Source: a virus (lineage: Duplodnaviria > Caudoviricetes). From it: a stretch of 53,181 nucleotides of DNA. The stretch is taken from positions 1 through 53,181 of the IMG/VR virus record IMGVR_UViG_3300022719_000025; one strand, 5' to 3'. The position numbers and the translations under genes were made by a program. This document shows, one piece after another, positions 39,925-47,191 of this stretch. Under the pieces are notes generated by a model. The model saw only the letters and a list, made by a program, of their open reading frames with translations. It was not told the origin of the DNA and did not search any database. Each line of letters starts with the position of its first letter. Within the stretch, counting starts at the first letter, position 1.

Positions 39925-40018
39925 TTTAACCCAGTGTAGAGGAGTAGAGTCTATGGTCCCGGGAAATTCTGGGGGGAATCGGGCAACCTCTGACTCTACT
40001 CCTCTACACATGGTTAAA
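39925..40018. repeat. Inverted pair of the dispersed motif (TTTAACCnnGTGTAGAGGAGTAGAGTC)
   Basis: 39925-39951 and 39992-40018, 25/27 identical in inverted orientation, 40-bp spacer. Confidence 0.85.
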
Positions 40019-40028
40019 TAGAGGTCAA

Positions 40029-40352
40029 TCATTCTCTTTTATTGGCCTTCATCTTCTTCCCGATTGCCCGGAGAGGGTTTATGATCTTGTCTGTACCGGT
40101 AGCCTTCTCTACTACGGCACGACGTGCGGCAGCCCTATCTTTAGATCCACCAGATTTCTTCTTTTTACGCTTCTGCTTACTGAGTCGCTTCTCTACTCTG
40201 TCAAGAGCACGTTCACTGGCCTCTGCACGGGCCCGTTCTTCCCGGTCGGAGGAGCGGGTAGGCCCCTTTAGAATGGCTCTATTCTTTCTACGTTGCCTGG
40301 CAATGCGAGCGGTAAAATCTATAGGTTCAAATTCTTTAGGGCTGTTAGGCAT
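40029..40352 (-). CDS. Highly basic small protein
   Basis: 107 aa, K/R-rich, GGAG RBS. Confidence 0.6.
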   Translation of the reverse strand: MPNSPKEFEPIDFTARIARQRRKNRAILKGPTRSSDREERARAEASERALDRVEKRLSKQKRKKKKSGGSKDRAAARRAVVEKATGTDKIINPLRAIGKKMKANKRE

Positions 40353-40653
40353 AATCGTTCTCCACTTCGGTGTGGGGCCGGTCTTTCCAGTATTCCCACT
40401 GAGTCTTCTTACAACGTGGGCATTGGTACTCGTTGAGTTCGCCCTCTAATAGGTCTTCTAGGTCGAATACCGCTCTACAGGCTACACAGGATACCTCAGG
40501 CTTGTAATCCTTGTCCGGGGCTATGATGTGGTAGACTGCCCTAAGCTTTGGCCGAATCAGCTTGAACATCGTACCGTACTCTTTGAACGGTTCTGGGGTC
40601 GGTAGGTTTCCCTTGTAGCCGTAGTCACTAGAATCAGAGTTAGAGTTAGTCAT
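40345..40653 (-). CDS. Zinc-ribbon protein
   Basis: CVAC...CPRC. Confidence 0.6.
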   Translation of the reverse strand: MTNSNSDSSDYGYKGNLPTPEPFKEYGTMFKLIRPKLRAVYHIIAPDKDYKPEVSCVACRAVFDLEDLLEGELNEYQCPRCKKTQWEYWKDRPHTEVENDYA

Positions 40654-41134
40654 CTTTCACCTTTCCTGTTTCCATGGATTCCGTATGGGCAGCTTCACTC
40701 ATGGTTCGAGGGTCCTTTTTCTTAGTCTTCTTCTTAGCTTTCTTCTTAGCTTTCTTCTTAGCTTTCTTCTTAGCTTTTTCGGAAGTCTTCTTGTGAGTTT
40801 CAAATGCCTCGCCAAGTTGGGCCCCTAAGGCAGCCCCCGCGAGAGCTCCCCGGAGACCGGCAGTAAATTCCCCCTGTCCTGAGACGGTTGGACCTAAGGA
40901 GGCAGCGGCTGCCGTCAGCTTCTCGGCGGTGGTCTTTTTCTTCTTGCTGGCAGCATTAGCCTTTGCAGCCGGGGACTTTTTCGATCCCTTTCGCTTAACT
41001 GGTCCGGTGTCCAGCTTAGGGATAACCTTCTTGACAGACTTCCTCCGGTTGGCAATCTTCTTTACCGGCTGTTTACTCTTGCCTTGAGTGTTCTGGAACT
41101 CCGCAAACTTTTGTAGGTCACTGTTTCGGGGCAT
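40646..41134 (-). CDS. Lys/Ala-rich histone-H1-like basic protein
   Basis: KAKKKAKKKAKKKAKKK repeat, central glycine zipper GALAGAALGAQLG. Confidence 0.6.
   Translation of the reverse strand: MPRNSDLQKFAEFQNTQGKSKQPVKKIANRRKSVKKVIPKLDTGPVKRKGSKKSPAAKANAASKKKKTTAEKLTAAAASLGPTVSGQGEFTAGLRGALAGAALGAQLGEAFETHKKTSEKAKKKAKKKAKKKAKKKTKKKDPRTMSEAAHTESMETGKVKDD
40716..40779. repeat. 12-bp coding tandem repeat (TTTCTTCTTAGC)n encoding AKKK
   Basis: About 5 copies, outer ones degenerate. Confidence 0.85.
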
Positions 41135-41387
41135 TATGGGTCATCCTGTCCACCACCGTCTTCTGGTCTCTCTATAGAATCCTCGTATTGTTGGCTGATG
41201 TATTCAACCAATTCTAAGGCTATTGTCTGGGCAATAGTTCTCTTACGGGGATCTGAGTTAGGACGCGGACGGATGAGGACTCTGAGGAACACCCTCGGTC
41301 CATTATCCGTCTGACGGTCGATCATAGTTATGTTAACTCGGGCCAACTTTGGATTCTCCGGAAGGTTGTCTGTAAGGTTTGGCCCGT

Positions 41388-41627
41388 CTACCTTACTCGG
41401 GCTGAGAAGTCGCTGGCTGCCTGAGCTAGAGAGGCTAGTCCCTGAGCTTTCCTCTGCTCCAGTTCGCCGAACCCCTTCAGGGCTCGACCGATGTTGGCCC
41501 GCTTTCTTTCCTTCCGTTTCCGTTTTTCTTCTGCTTCCCGGGACTTCCGGGCAGACCTTGCCTCTATAAACCCGAGAGCTCCTCCCGTCCCTGCTCCTAC
41601 TAGTCCACCGATCTCTCCTAGTGCCAT
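41388..41627 (-). CDS. Small protein with N-terminal glycine zipper and basic coil
   Basis: AAGGAG RBS; MALGEIGGLVGAGTGGALG. Confidence 0.6.
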   Translation of the reverse strand: MALGEIGGLVGAGTGGALGFIEARSARKSREAEEKRKRKERKRANIGRALKGFGELEQRKAQGLASLAQAASDFSARVR

Positions 41628-41659
41628 CTTGGTCTCCTTTCATTCCTCCCCCCCTATGG

Positions 41660-41962
41660 TTAAACGAACCGTCCATTCCTAGCGAGGAGGGTTGGTCCTC
41701 GGAACGGGTTTATCGAAGGGGTGTTCCGAGTCAAGTTCGTGTTGATGTTAGCTTCAGTCTTCGTCACCAATGGGCCCAACGGTTGAGGAATGGAACCTTC
41801 CGGTTGTCGTTGGACTCTACGGTTAATGGTGTCCTGCATACTGTCTTCCGACAGAGTTCGAGGTTGGTCTCTATTGGATCGGTTGGTCCCGCCCCTGCCT
41901 CTTTGCTCTCGGCTTCGTCGGAACAGTTCGATCATTTCCGGGGTGAAACTTCCCTGTGCCAT
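41660..41962 (-). CDS. Hypothetical basic, disordered protein
   Basis: AAGGAGG RBS. Confidence 0.6.
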   Translation of the reverse strand: MAQGSFTPEMIELFRRSREQRGRGGTNRSNRDQPRTLSEDSMQDTINRRVQRQPEGSIPQPLGPLVTKTEANINTNLTRNTPSINPFRGPTLLARNGRFV

Positions 41963-42132
41963 CTATAGGCCTCCTTAGTCCCTTCTTGTCTTCCGCAGAT
42001 AGTCCTGCATCCGTGTGGACAACGTTGATTTGTGCCCGTAATTTGTGCCCGTAATGTGCAGGACGATAGAAACACCAGCAGGATGCACAGAACCATTACC
42101 GTCACCGTTACCGTTACCGTTACTGTTCTCAT
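41932..42132 (-). CDS. Putative small lipoprotein overlapping the upstream gene
   Basis: VLCILLVFLSS-C lipobox-like signal. Confidence 0.4.
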   Translation of the reverse strand: MRTVTVTVTVTVMVLCILLVFLSSCTLRAQITGTNQRCPHGCRTICGRQEGTKEAYRWHREVSPRK

Positions 42133-42514
42133 TCTGTTTCCCGCCCATAAACCTTCTACGTATGAACCTGCTTACAGGATAGGACCCACCCGCAACCCCT
42201 AGAGCCATCAAGGCGATAAGGTCGGAACCGATGTTCAGGGAGCCGATTAGGCCCCCCGAACTCTGCTCTACTTCTGATTCCTTAACGTCCCCAGTACCCG
42301 TGCCTGAGACGGCTTTGCCGTCGAAGGAGTTACTGAGGTCTACACCCGTCACCCCTACATCGGAGTTAAGTTCAGTATCTAACTCCGTATCCACCTTAGC
42401 GTCCACTTTCGCATCCGCAGTCGCCAACGGGGTTCCCTTTTGGGGGTTCACACACGCTGTGGTCAGCAGAGCGAGGAGAAGGAGAGGGGCTAGGGGGTGT
42501 TTTAACATCATCAT
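41975..42514 (-). CDS. Lipoprotein with internal TM segment (spanin candidate)
   Basis: LLLLALLTTA-C lipobox; LIALMALGVAGG followed by RFIRRR. Confidence 0.6.
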   Translation of the reverse strand: MMMLKHPLAPLLLLALLTTACVNPQKGTPLATADAKVDAKVDTELDTELNSDVGVTGVDLSNSFDGKAVSGTGTGDVKESEVEQSSGGLIGSLNIGSDLIALMALGVAGGSYPVSRFIRRRFMGGKQNENSNGNGNGDGNGSVHPAGVSIVLHITGTNYGHKSTLSTRMQDYLRKTRRD

Positions 42515-42538
42515 CCTTTCGGAGGTGCAATCGACAGT

Positions 42539-42808
42539 CTAGTTGTCCTGGCCAGAGGAGTTTGATCCACCAATCAAGTCCAGGACCGCCGGGTCCGGGA
42601 GGGCTGATACTTCTTGGCTGGCTTCTGAAGGCTCCTCCGAGACTTGCTCCGAACGGACGCCCGCGTAAACCTCCCACTTAGCAGCCCCGGAAGTTCGGGA
42701 AGTCGAAGTGATGGTACATCCGGCTACTCCCAGCAACAGTAGGAGGGCCGTCAAAAGTTGGCCCAAAACTGAGCCCAGGCTGCCGAGGGCTGTCATCAAA
42801 GTTGTCAT
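42539..42808 (-). CDS. Small lipoprotein
   Basis: LLLLLGVAG-C lipobox; GAGGAG RBS; first gene after a consensus promoter. Confidence 0.65.
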   Translation of the reverse strand: MTTLMTALGSLGSVLGQLLTALLLLLGVAGCTITSTSRTSGAAKWEVYAGVRSEQVSEEPSEASQEVSALPDPAVLDLIGGSNSSGQDN

Positions 42809-42843
42809 TTTCGGTCTCCTCTATAGAGTTAATGTTCTGCCTA

Positions 42844-42872
42844 ATTATAGGCTACGAAACGGGGAATGTCAA
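42844..42872 (-). promoter_or_regulatory. Perfect sigma70 promoter TTGACA-N17-TATAAT
   Basis: -35 at 42867-42872, -10 at 42844-42849. Confidence 0.85.
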
Positions 42873-42981
42873 CCCGAAAGTAGGTTACCCCCATGAATGG
42901 AAATTGGGGTTAGAGCATTTTTGAAACGCCTGTGTCCATTACATCAACGGGGGCCGATAACTGGGGGCCGATGGGGGGTCG

Positions 42982-43098
42982 GTTATCGGACGTGACCCCG
43001 CCCCTCGGGTTTTCGGATCAAACGTTATCGGACTTTGGGTTATCGGACGTAATGTTATCGGACGTTAGGTTATCGGACGGTGGATTATCGGACGTTAG
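42982..43098. repeat. Non-coding array of GTTATCGGAC cores with 15-bp period
   Basis: Cores at 43009 (variant), 43024, 43039, 43054, 43069, 43084 (variant) plus one at 42982. Confidence 0.9.
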
Positions 43099-43158
43099 GC
43101 GGGAAACAGGTCCGATCACCCCTATTCAAGTCCTACTTCAATCCCCTAAAGGGGGCCT

Positions 43159-43467
43159 CTAACTCCTGTCCCTCCCTTGAGTTAGATCGAATGAGTTCCC
43201 CAGCATTCTAATACCAAAATAGTCTACCGGTTCATCTTCGGGCATTATTGAAGGCATCATAGAAACCAAGTCTGCCGAGTTGTACTGACACTTATTTCCA
43301 TTAGGGTTGAGACGCACAAATATTCCCGAACCATGAAAACAGATACTTCCCGGGCGTAGTTCCCCGAATTTAACTCTCATCGGATAATCCCCTCTATATA
43401 TAGTCGTCGGAATTGTCGCACAATGCTCTAATATCATCGTCCGACAGATAGCTCGAATCCGGCTCAA
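43159..43467 (-). CDS. Hypothetical protein (probable start MRVKFGEL near 43380)
   Basis: GAGGGG RBS before internal ATG. Confidence 0.5.
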   Translation of the reverse strand: MSRIRAICRTMILEHCATIPTTIYRGDYPMRVKFGELRPGSICFHGSGIFVRLNPNGNKCQYNSADLVSMMPSIMPEDEPVDYFGIRMLGNSFDLTQGRDRS

Positions 43468-43566
43468 CGTCAGTAGTTAGTTCGGGCGGATCGGTTTGCC
43501 CAAGGTTGGTCAACAAGTCGCAAACGGCCCCATTAAGGTCGGATATGTACAGCATAATAGTCCCCC

Positions 43567-43592
43567 AAAAAGGGGGAGTTTAAACTCCCCCT
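43567..43592 (-). terminator. Rho-independent terminator
   Basis: AGGGGGAGTTTAAACTCCCCCT hairpin followed by T-run on the - strand. Confidence 0.75.
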
Positions 43593-43612
43593 AAGATTCA
43601 AATCGTGATTAC

Positions 43613-43825
43613 CTACGCACCCGAATTCTCGGCAGGCGGACGTACGATATTCAGCGATAGTCCGATACCATCTTCCATGTAAGCAAATCCCCCAGTTGTC
43701 GCTACAAGATCGTTTTTTCGGACCTTGCCGTTACTGGCTTCGGTACCGGCAGGCTTCAGAGTCTTGCCGAGATCGACAGTGATCGTCAAGGTACTGCCGT
43801 TTCGTTTCGTCTTGACATTCTGCAT
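43613..43825 (-). CDS. Small conserved-looking beta protein (MQNVKTKRNGSTLTITVDL...LVATTGG)
   Basis: AAGGGG RBS, terminator downstream. Confidence 0.7.
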   Translation of the reverse strand: MQNVKTKRNGSTLTITVDLGKTLKPAGTEASNGKVRKNDLVATTGGFAYMEDGIGLSLNIVRPPAENSGA

Positions 43826-44066
43826 ATCAATTCCCCTTACAAGTAACCGGTCGAAACCCCGCAACAGCCAACATGGCGTTGTTTCGTTCGACCGTCAAAA
43901 GCATACATTTCAACCCGACCGAATGAAAGTTTTTCCCTAAGTTTTTTTCCGAGTTATGGGTCCGTCCGATAACCCCAAGACCCGATAACCCCGGTCTGGG
44001 CCTGTCTTCGTACTTATTCAGACCGTAAATTGAAATTGGTCTTGGACTCAAGATAGCGTCTGTTCC

Positions 44067-44198
44067 CTAGCCTTTCATCTTGAGGACTGCAAAGGTGAGG
44101 ATCATAGCTCCACACCAATACAGTGACTTCCAATACTCTTGCCTAAAGAGGCTTTCGATGGCGCACCCAGCCTGTAATGCTAGCATGAGTATCACCAC
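44067..44198 (-). CDS. Small two-TM membrane protein (43 aa, not in ORF track)
   Basis: GTG start; VVILMLALQAGCAIESLFRQEYWKSLYWCGAMILTFAVLKMKG. Confidence 0.45.
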   Translation of the reverse strand: MVILMLALQAGCAIESLFRQEYWKSLYWCGAMILTFAVLKMKG

Positions 44199-44202
44199 GG
44201 CT

Positions 44203-44898
44203 TTAGTTGTCCCATCCTCTCATCTCTACAACTCCCGTAGCTAGTCGAGAGTTAGTAAGAATACTCAGGGTAAATCCTGAGTGGTATGTCAAAGGTCTTG
44301 GGATCGGAGTAGAGATGCCGGGTATAATATGTGACAGTGTAACATCATTCATACCACAAGGCCAATCTCCTTTAGTAAGAGGGATATTAGCTTCCCCCGC
44401 AAGCTGGGCAGTCTGGTATATTGCTTTATTGAGCGATTCTCTAGGATTATGCGCATTGAGACAATAGGACAGTGCATTATGTAATATGTCTGCATTCTTC
44501 ACATACATCCACTTTGGGCCTCTGCCTGTATTGGCTATTGTCTGTATATTAGGTAGAAGTCTAGGCTTGTCGATAGAACTCCCGGTTATCTTGAAAATGA
44601 GGGGTTTTAGTGAATCTACCGACTTTGACGTTCCTCCGCCCCCCACCTGATTAAAGTCTGAGTTGGAATCTCGACCTTCAAATAGGTTGAAAAGGTTTTT
44701 ATCCCTCATCGAAGTCAGTTTCTCGTCTACTCCCGGCATGTCTGATAGGGACTGACCTACCTTCAGAGTCATTCTCCGGTGAACCTCTGAAATCAGTTCC
44801 TCTGGACTCTTGCATGTATTCATCAGGCTCTTGTCTTCCAGAATCAAGGTTAGAACCTCGTCCATCTCCTTCAGTATTGATTTTCTCATTCGATTCAT
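44203..44898 (-). CDS. Hypothetical protein
   Basis: 231 aa, GGAG RBS. Confidence 0.6.
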   Translation of the reverse strand: MNRMRKSILKEMDEVLTLILEDKSLMNTCKSPEELISEVHRRMTLKVGQSLSDMPGVDEKLTSMRDKNLFNLFEGRDSNSDFNQVGGGGTSKSVDSLKPLIFKITGSSIDKPRLLPNIQTIANTGRGPKWMYVKNADILHNALSYCLNAHNPRESLNKAIYQTAQLAGEANIPLTKGDWPCGMNDVTLSHIIPGISTPIPRPLTYHSGFTLSILTNSRLATGVVEMRGWDN

Positions 44899-45025
44899 AA
44901 TCGTTCTCCATAGGCAGCATCAATTCTAGTGCTATCAACCACGCTATTGAAGCCAACAAACCAACAGATATCATGGCGTACTCCATGAGGGGGTGGGGAG
45001 GGGGCAGTTGTGGGGCTTCGACCAC
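44699..45025 (-). CDS. Small membrane protein with run-on C-terminus
   Basis: GGAGGG RBS; one TM helix. Confidence 0.45.
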   Translation of the reverse strand: MVEAPQLPPPHPLMEYAMISVGLLASIAWLIALELMLPMENDYESNEKINTEGDGRGSNLDSGRQEPDEYMQESRGTDFRGSPENDSEGRSVPIRHAGSRRETDFDEG

Positions 45026-45047
45026 CCCCTCCCTGGAGGGGGACTAC

Positions 45048-45491
45048 TTAAACCTCTCCATCAGTATTCTTCAGGCTCATCTGGGTACGCTTAGGCTTGT
45101 TAACAGCCTTCTTCTTGACTCTATTTACTGCCGATTTGACTTCGGACTTACGAGATTCGGTAGCCTCATCCAACTCAACCAATTTACGAGGATCGTCAAT
45201 AAGATCCACGTGAGTAATGACGCCTACACAATGAACGATCCCACCCGTCTTGAGATCCCCAATAATGTTGAGAATCTTGTCCTGTACGGTCTCCCGACAT
45301 ATCTGATGACTGCCAAAGATGTTGATGGGTATAGTCAATAGTCGCTCGCCATTCTTGTAGCGGAAACTTACACCGCTGGACGGGAACTCCTCTACAAGTG
45401 CAGAAGCAAACTCCGTATACCTGTCATGGTCCAGTGTGATGATCCATCCCATTACCTCTATCGTCTTCGTGATCTTGCTCTTCTCCATCAT
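45048..45491 (-). CDS. Hypothetical protein, basic C-terminus
   Basis: AAGGA RBS; packing. Confidence 0.6.
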   Translation of the reverse strand: MMEKSKITKTIEVMGWIITLDHDRYTEFASALVEEFPSSGVSFRYKNGERLLTIPINIFGSHQICRETVQDKILNIIGDLKTGGIVHCVGVITHVDLIDDPRKLVELDEATESRKSEVKSAVNRVKKKAVNKPKRTQMSLKNTDGEV

Positions 45492-45933
45492 CTAAAAGTC
45501 CTTCCTTTCCATATAGGGCGGGATCTATTTCAATATCGAATTTACCGTCCTCCTCACAATCCTCCATCCCGCAAAACTGGTCAATTGGAGGTGGAACGAA
45601 CTCGAACTTTCCGTCCTCTATAGCAACCTGTCCACCCGACACAAGCTCGTGTGCCCTCGACAGTATTTCCATTAGAGGACACAGTGAGTGAGGGTCGTTT
45701 GCAAATGCGTTTCCAATAAGGTATCCAATAGCGTCTTTCCATACTTGTGTCTTCTGTTCACTCACCATAAAGTGGGTAAGCATAGTAACTGCCTGGACCA
45801 GATGATTCAGGACTATGGCTCCATCCCCGTCGAGGGGGACAGGTCCTCCTTGCCGGTCAACTGCCGCAACAAGGGGGATCCTACTAACTCCATCATCACC
45901 AAGACAGCGTTTACCCTTCATCTCATCCATCAT
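45424..45933 (-). CDS. Hypothetical protein
   Basis: GGAG RBS; packing. Confidence 0.6.
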   Translation of the reverse strand: MMDEMKGKRCLGDDGVSRIPLVAAVDRQGGPVPLDGDGAIVLNHLVQAVTMLTHFMVSEQKTQVWKDAIGYLIGNAFANDPHSLCPLMEILSRAHELVSGGQVAIEDGKFEFVPPPIDQFCGMEDCEEDGKFDIEIDPALYGKEGLLDDGEEQDHEDDRGNGMDHHTGP

Positions 45934-47188
45934 CAGTCTCCATAAGCTCAGTTCCTATGACATAGATAATTTCGTCATAGGAGACTTCCTGTTTAGTTAG
46001 TTTATTGATCCGTATCATCTTGAACTTATTGTAAGGCTCTATGGCGACAATAGGAACCATACGAGCACACATTAAGGACAAGTCGATCTCGTTTCTAGGG
46101 TTAGAGTCCATCTCTGAGTCGAAAGTCAGTAGTCTATCAACAGCAGTGTGATACAGATCATACCATTGTTGGCTAGGCTGGAATTTTAGGGTACTGGCCC
46201 CTGAAGGGATATGAGTACAGAAACTAGCTGCTGTCCCACTAAGAATCTTACTCTCCGCAAGGGAATAAAAATTCCCATCAGGAGATTTTGTCAAAACACC
46301 TGTACATGGGTCAGTTAAAGGACCGTTCCACACATCCTTGTGCCACCCAGCCCATTGGGGCATGATAGGTACGTGCCCAGCTTTAGCGGTTTCGACTATC
46401 CTATCTACAATCTGTTTTGGGTACGTATGCAGATAGCGATCAATACTCTCAAGGACCGGAACTGTAAGGCCAGTAATCTTGCCCATGGATTTTAAGGTAT
46501 GGAAGAAGCTACTGTGTTCAGAGGCCTGTGACGGAGGCCTACCAAAACAATCAGGATACAGCTCAATAAGTATGTCTTCAGTAACTTTCCTGTAGTTGGA
46601 CGGCCAATGATGATCTGGGTGAGGTGTCCCAGCATGACTTTGTAAGAACCTTAAGAAAGACTGTATGTCTCCAATCTCATTCCTCAATTCTTCGGACTCT
46701 GCATACTTCTTCATGAGGGCTGAAACGAATACGGTCCAGTTGTTTATACCTCCTAAGCCATAGCCCATCTTTAGTGACCATTGAGACAGTTTCAGACTAT
46801 TGACCTTTTCTTTCCAGTTATTCAGGTTCTCGGCATGTTCCTCCCATATATCTACTGCTACTAGGGCAAAGCCCATAGACCAGTTTACATTACTTGGTGT
46901 CTCATCTACAAGACAAGTATGGTCTCCCCGTAGGGTGTTAAATTCTGTCACGAACTCTAAACGACCTTTACTATCGAACGTGTAGTTATCCCTTCCTCTG
47001 AACCAAGCTGGGGAGCTACACCATAGGAATTCCTTATACCTCCCGTTCGGTATGGCGGATACATTACCCGTCATATTCTTACTGATGTTACGCTGAAGAG
47101 GAGACTTCATGGCCCTACCCATCTCTATCGTTTCCGTCCCATACTCGACAGGTGTAGTATTTAGTGGGACCATCCTAGTGCTAGGCAT
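45923..47188 (-). CDS. Hypothetical protein immediately downstream of the JAB gene
   Basis: 421 aa, AGGAGG RBS, 3 bp after the JAB stop; no family recognised. Confidence 0.65.
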   Translation of the reverse strand: MPSTRMVPLNTTPVEYGTETIEMGRAMKSPLQRNISKNMTGNVSAIPNGRYKEFLWCSSPAWFRGRDNYTFDSKGRLEFVTEFNTLRGDHTCLVDETPSNVNWSMGFALVAVDIWEEHAENLNNWKEKVNSLKLSQWSLKMGYGLGGINNWTVFVSALMKKYAESEELRNEIGDIQSFLRFLQSHAGTPHPDHHWPSNYRKVTEDILIELYPDCFGRPPSQASEHSSFFHTLKSMGKITGLTVPVLESIDRYLHTYPKQIVDRIVETAKAGHVPIMPQWAGWHKDVWNGPLTDPCTGVLTKSPDGNFYSLAESKILSGTAASFCTHIPSGASTLKFQPSQQWYDLYHTAVDRLLTFDSEMDSNPRNEIDLSLMCARMVPIVAIEPYNKFKMIRINKLTKQEVSYDEIIYVIGTELMETDDG

Positions 47189-47191
47189 TAC

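Noticed and set aside
42028-42125. 13-bp duplication ATTTGTGCCCGTA and (CCGTTA)n microsatellite as a phase-variation switch
   Set aside because: Only about 2 and 5 copies; the 6-bp unit is in-frame, and there is no read evidence for variation
42982-43098. Possible mini-CRISPR array
   Set aside because: Repeat core is 10 bp with 5-bp linkers, far too short for repeats and spacers; no cas operon
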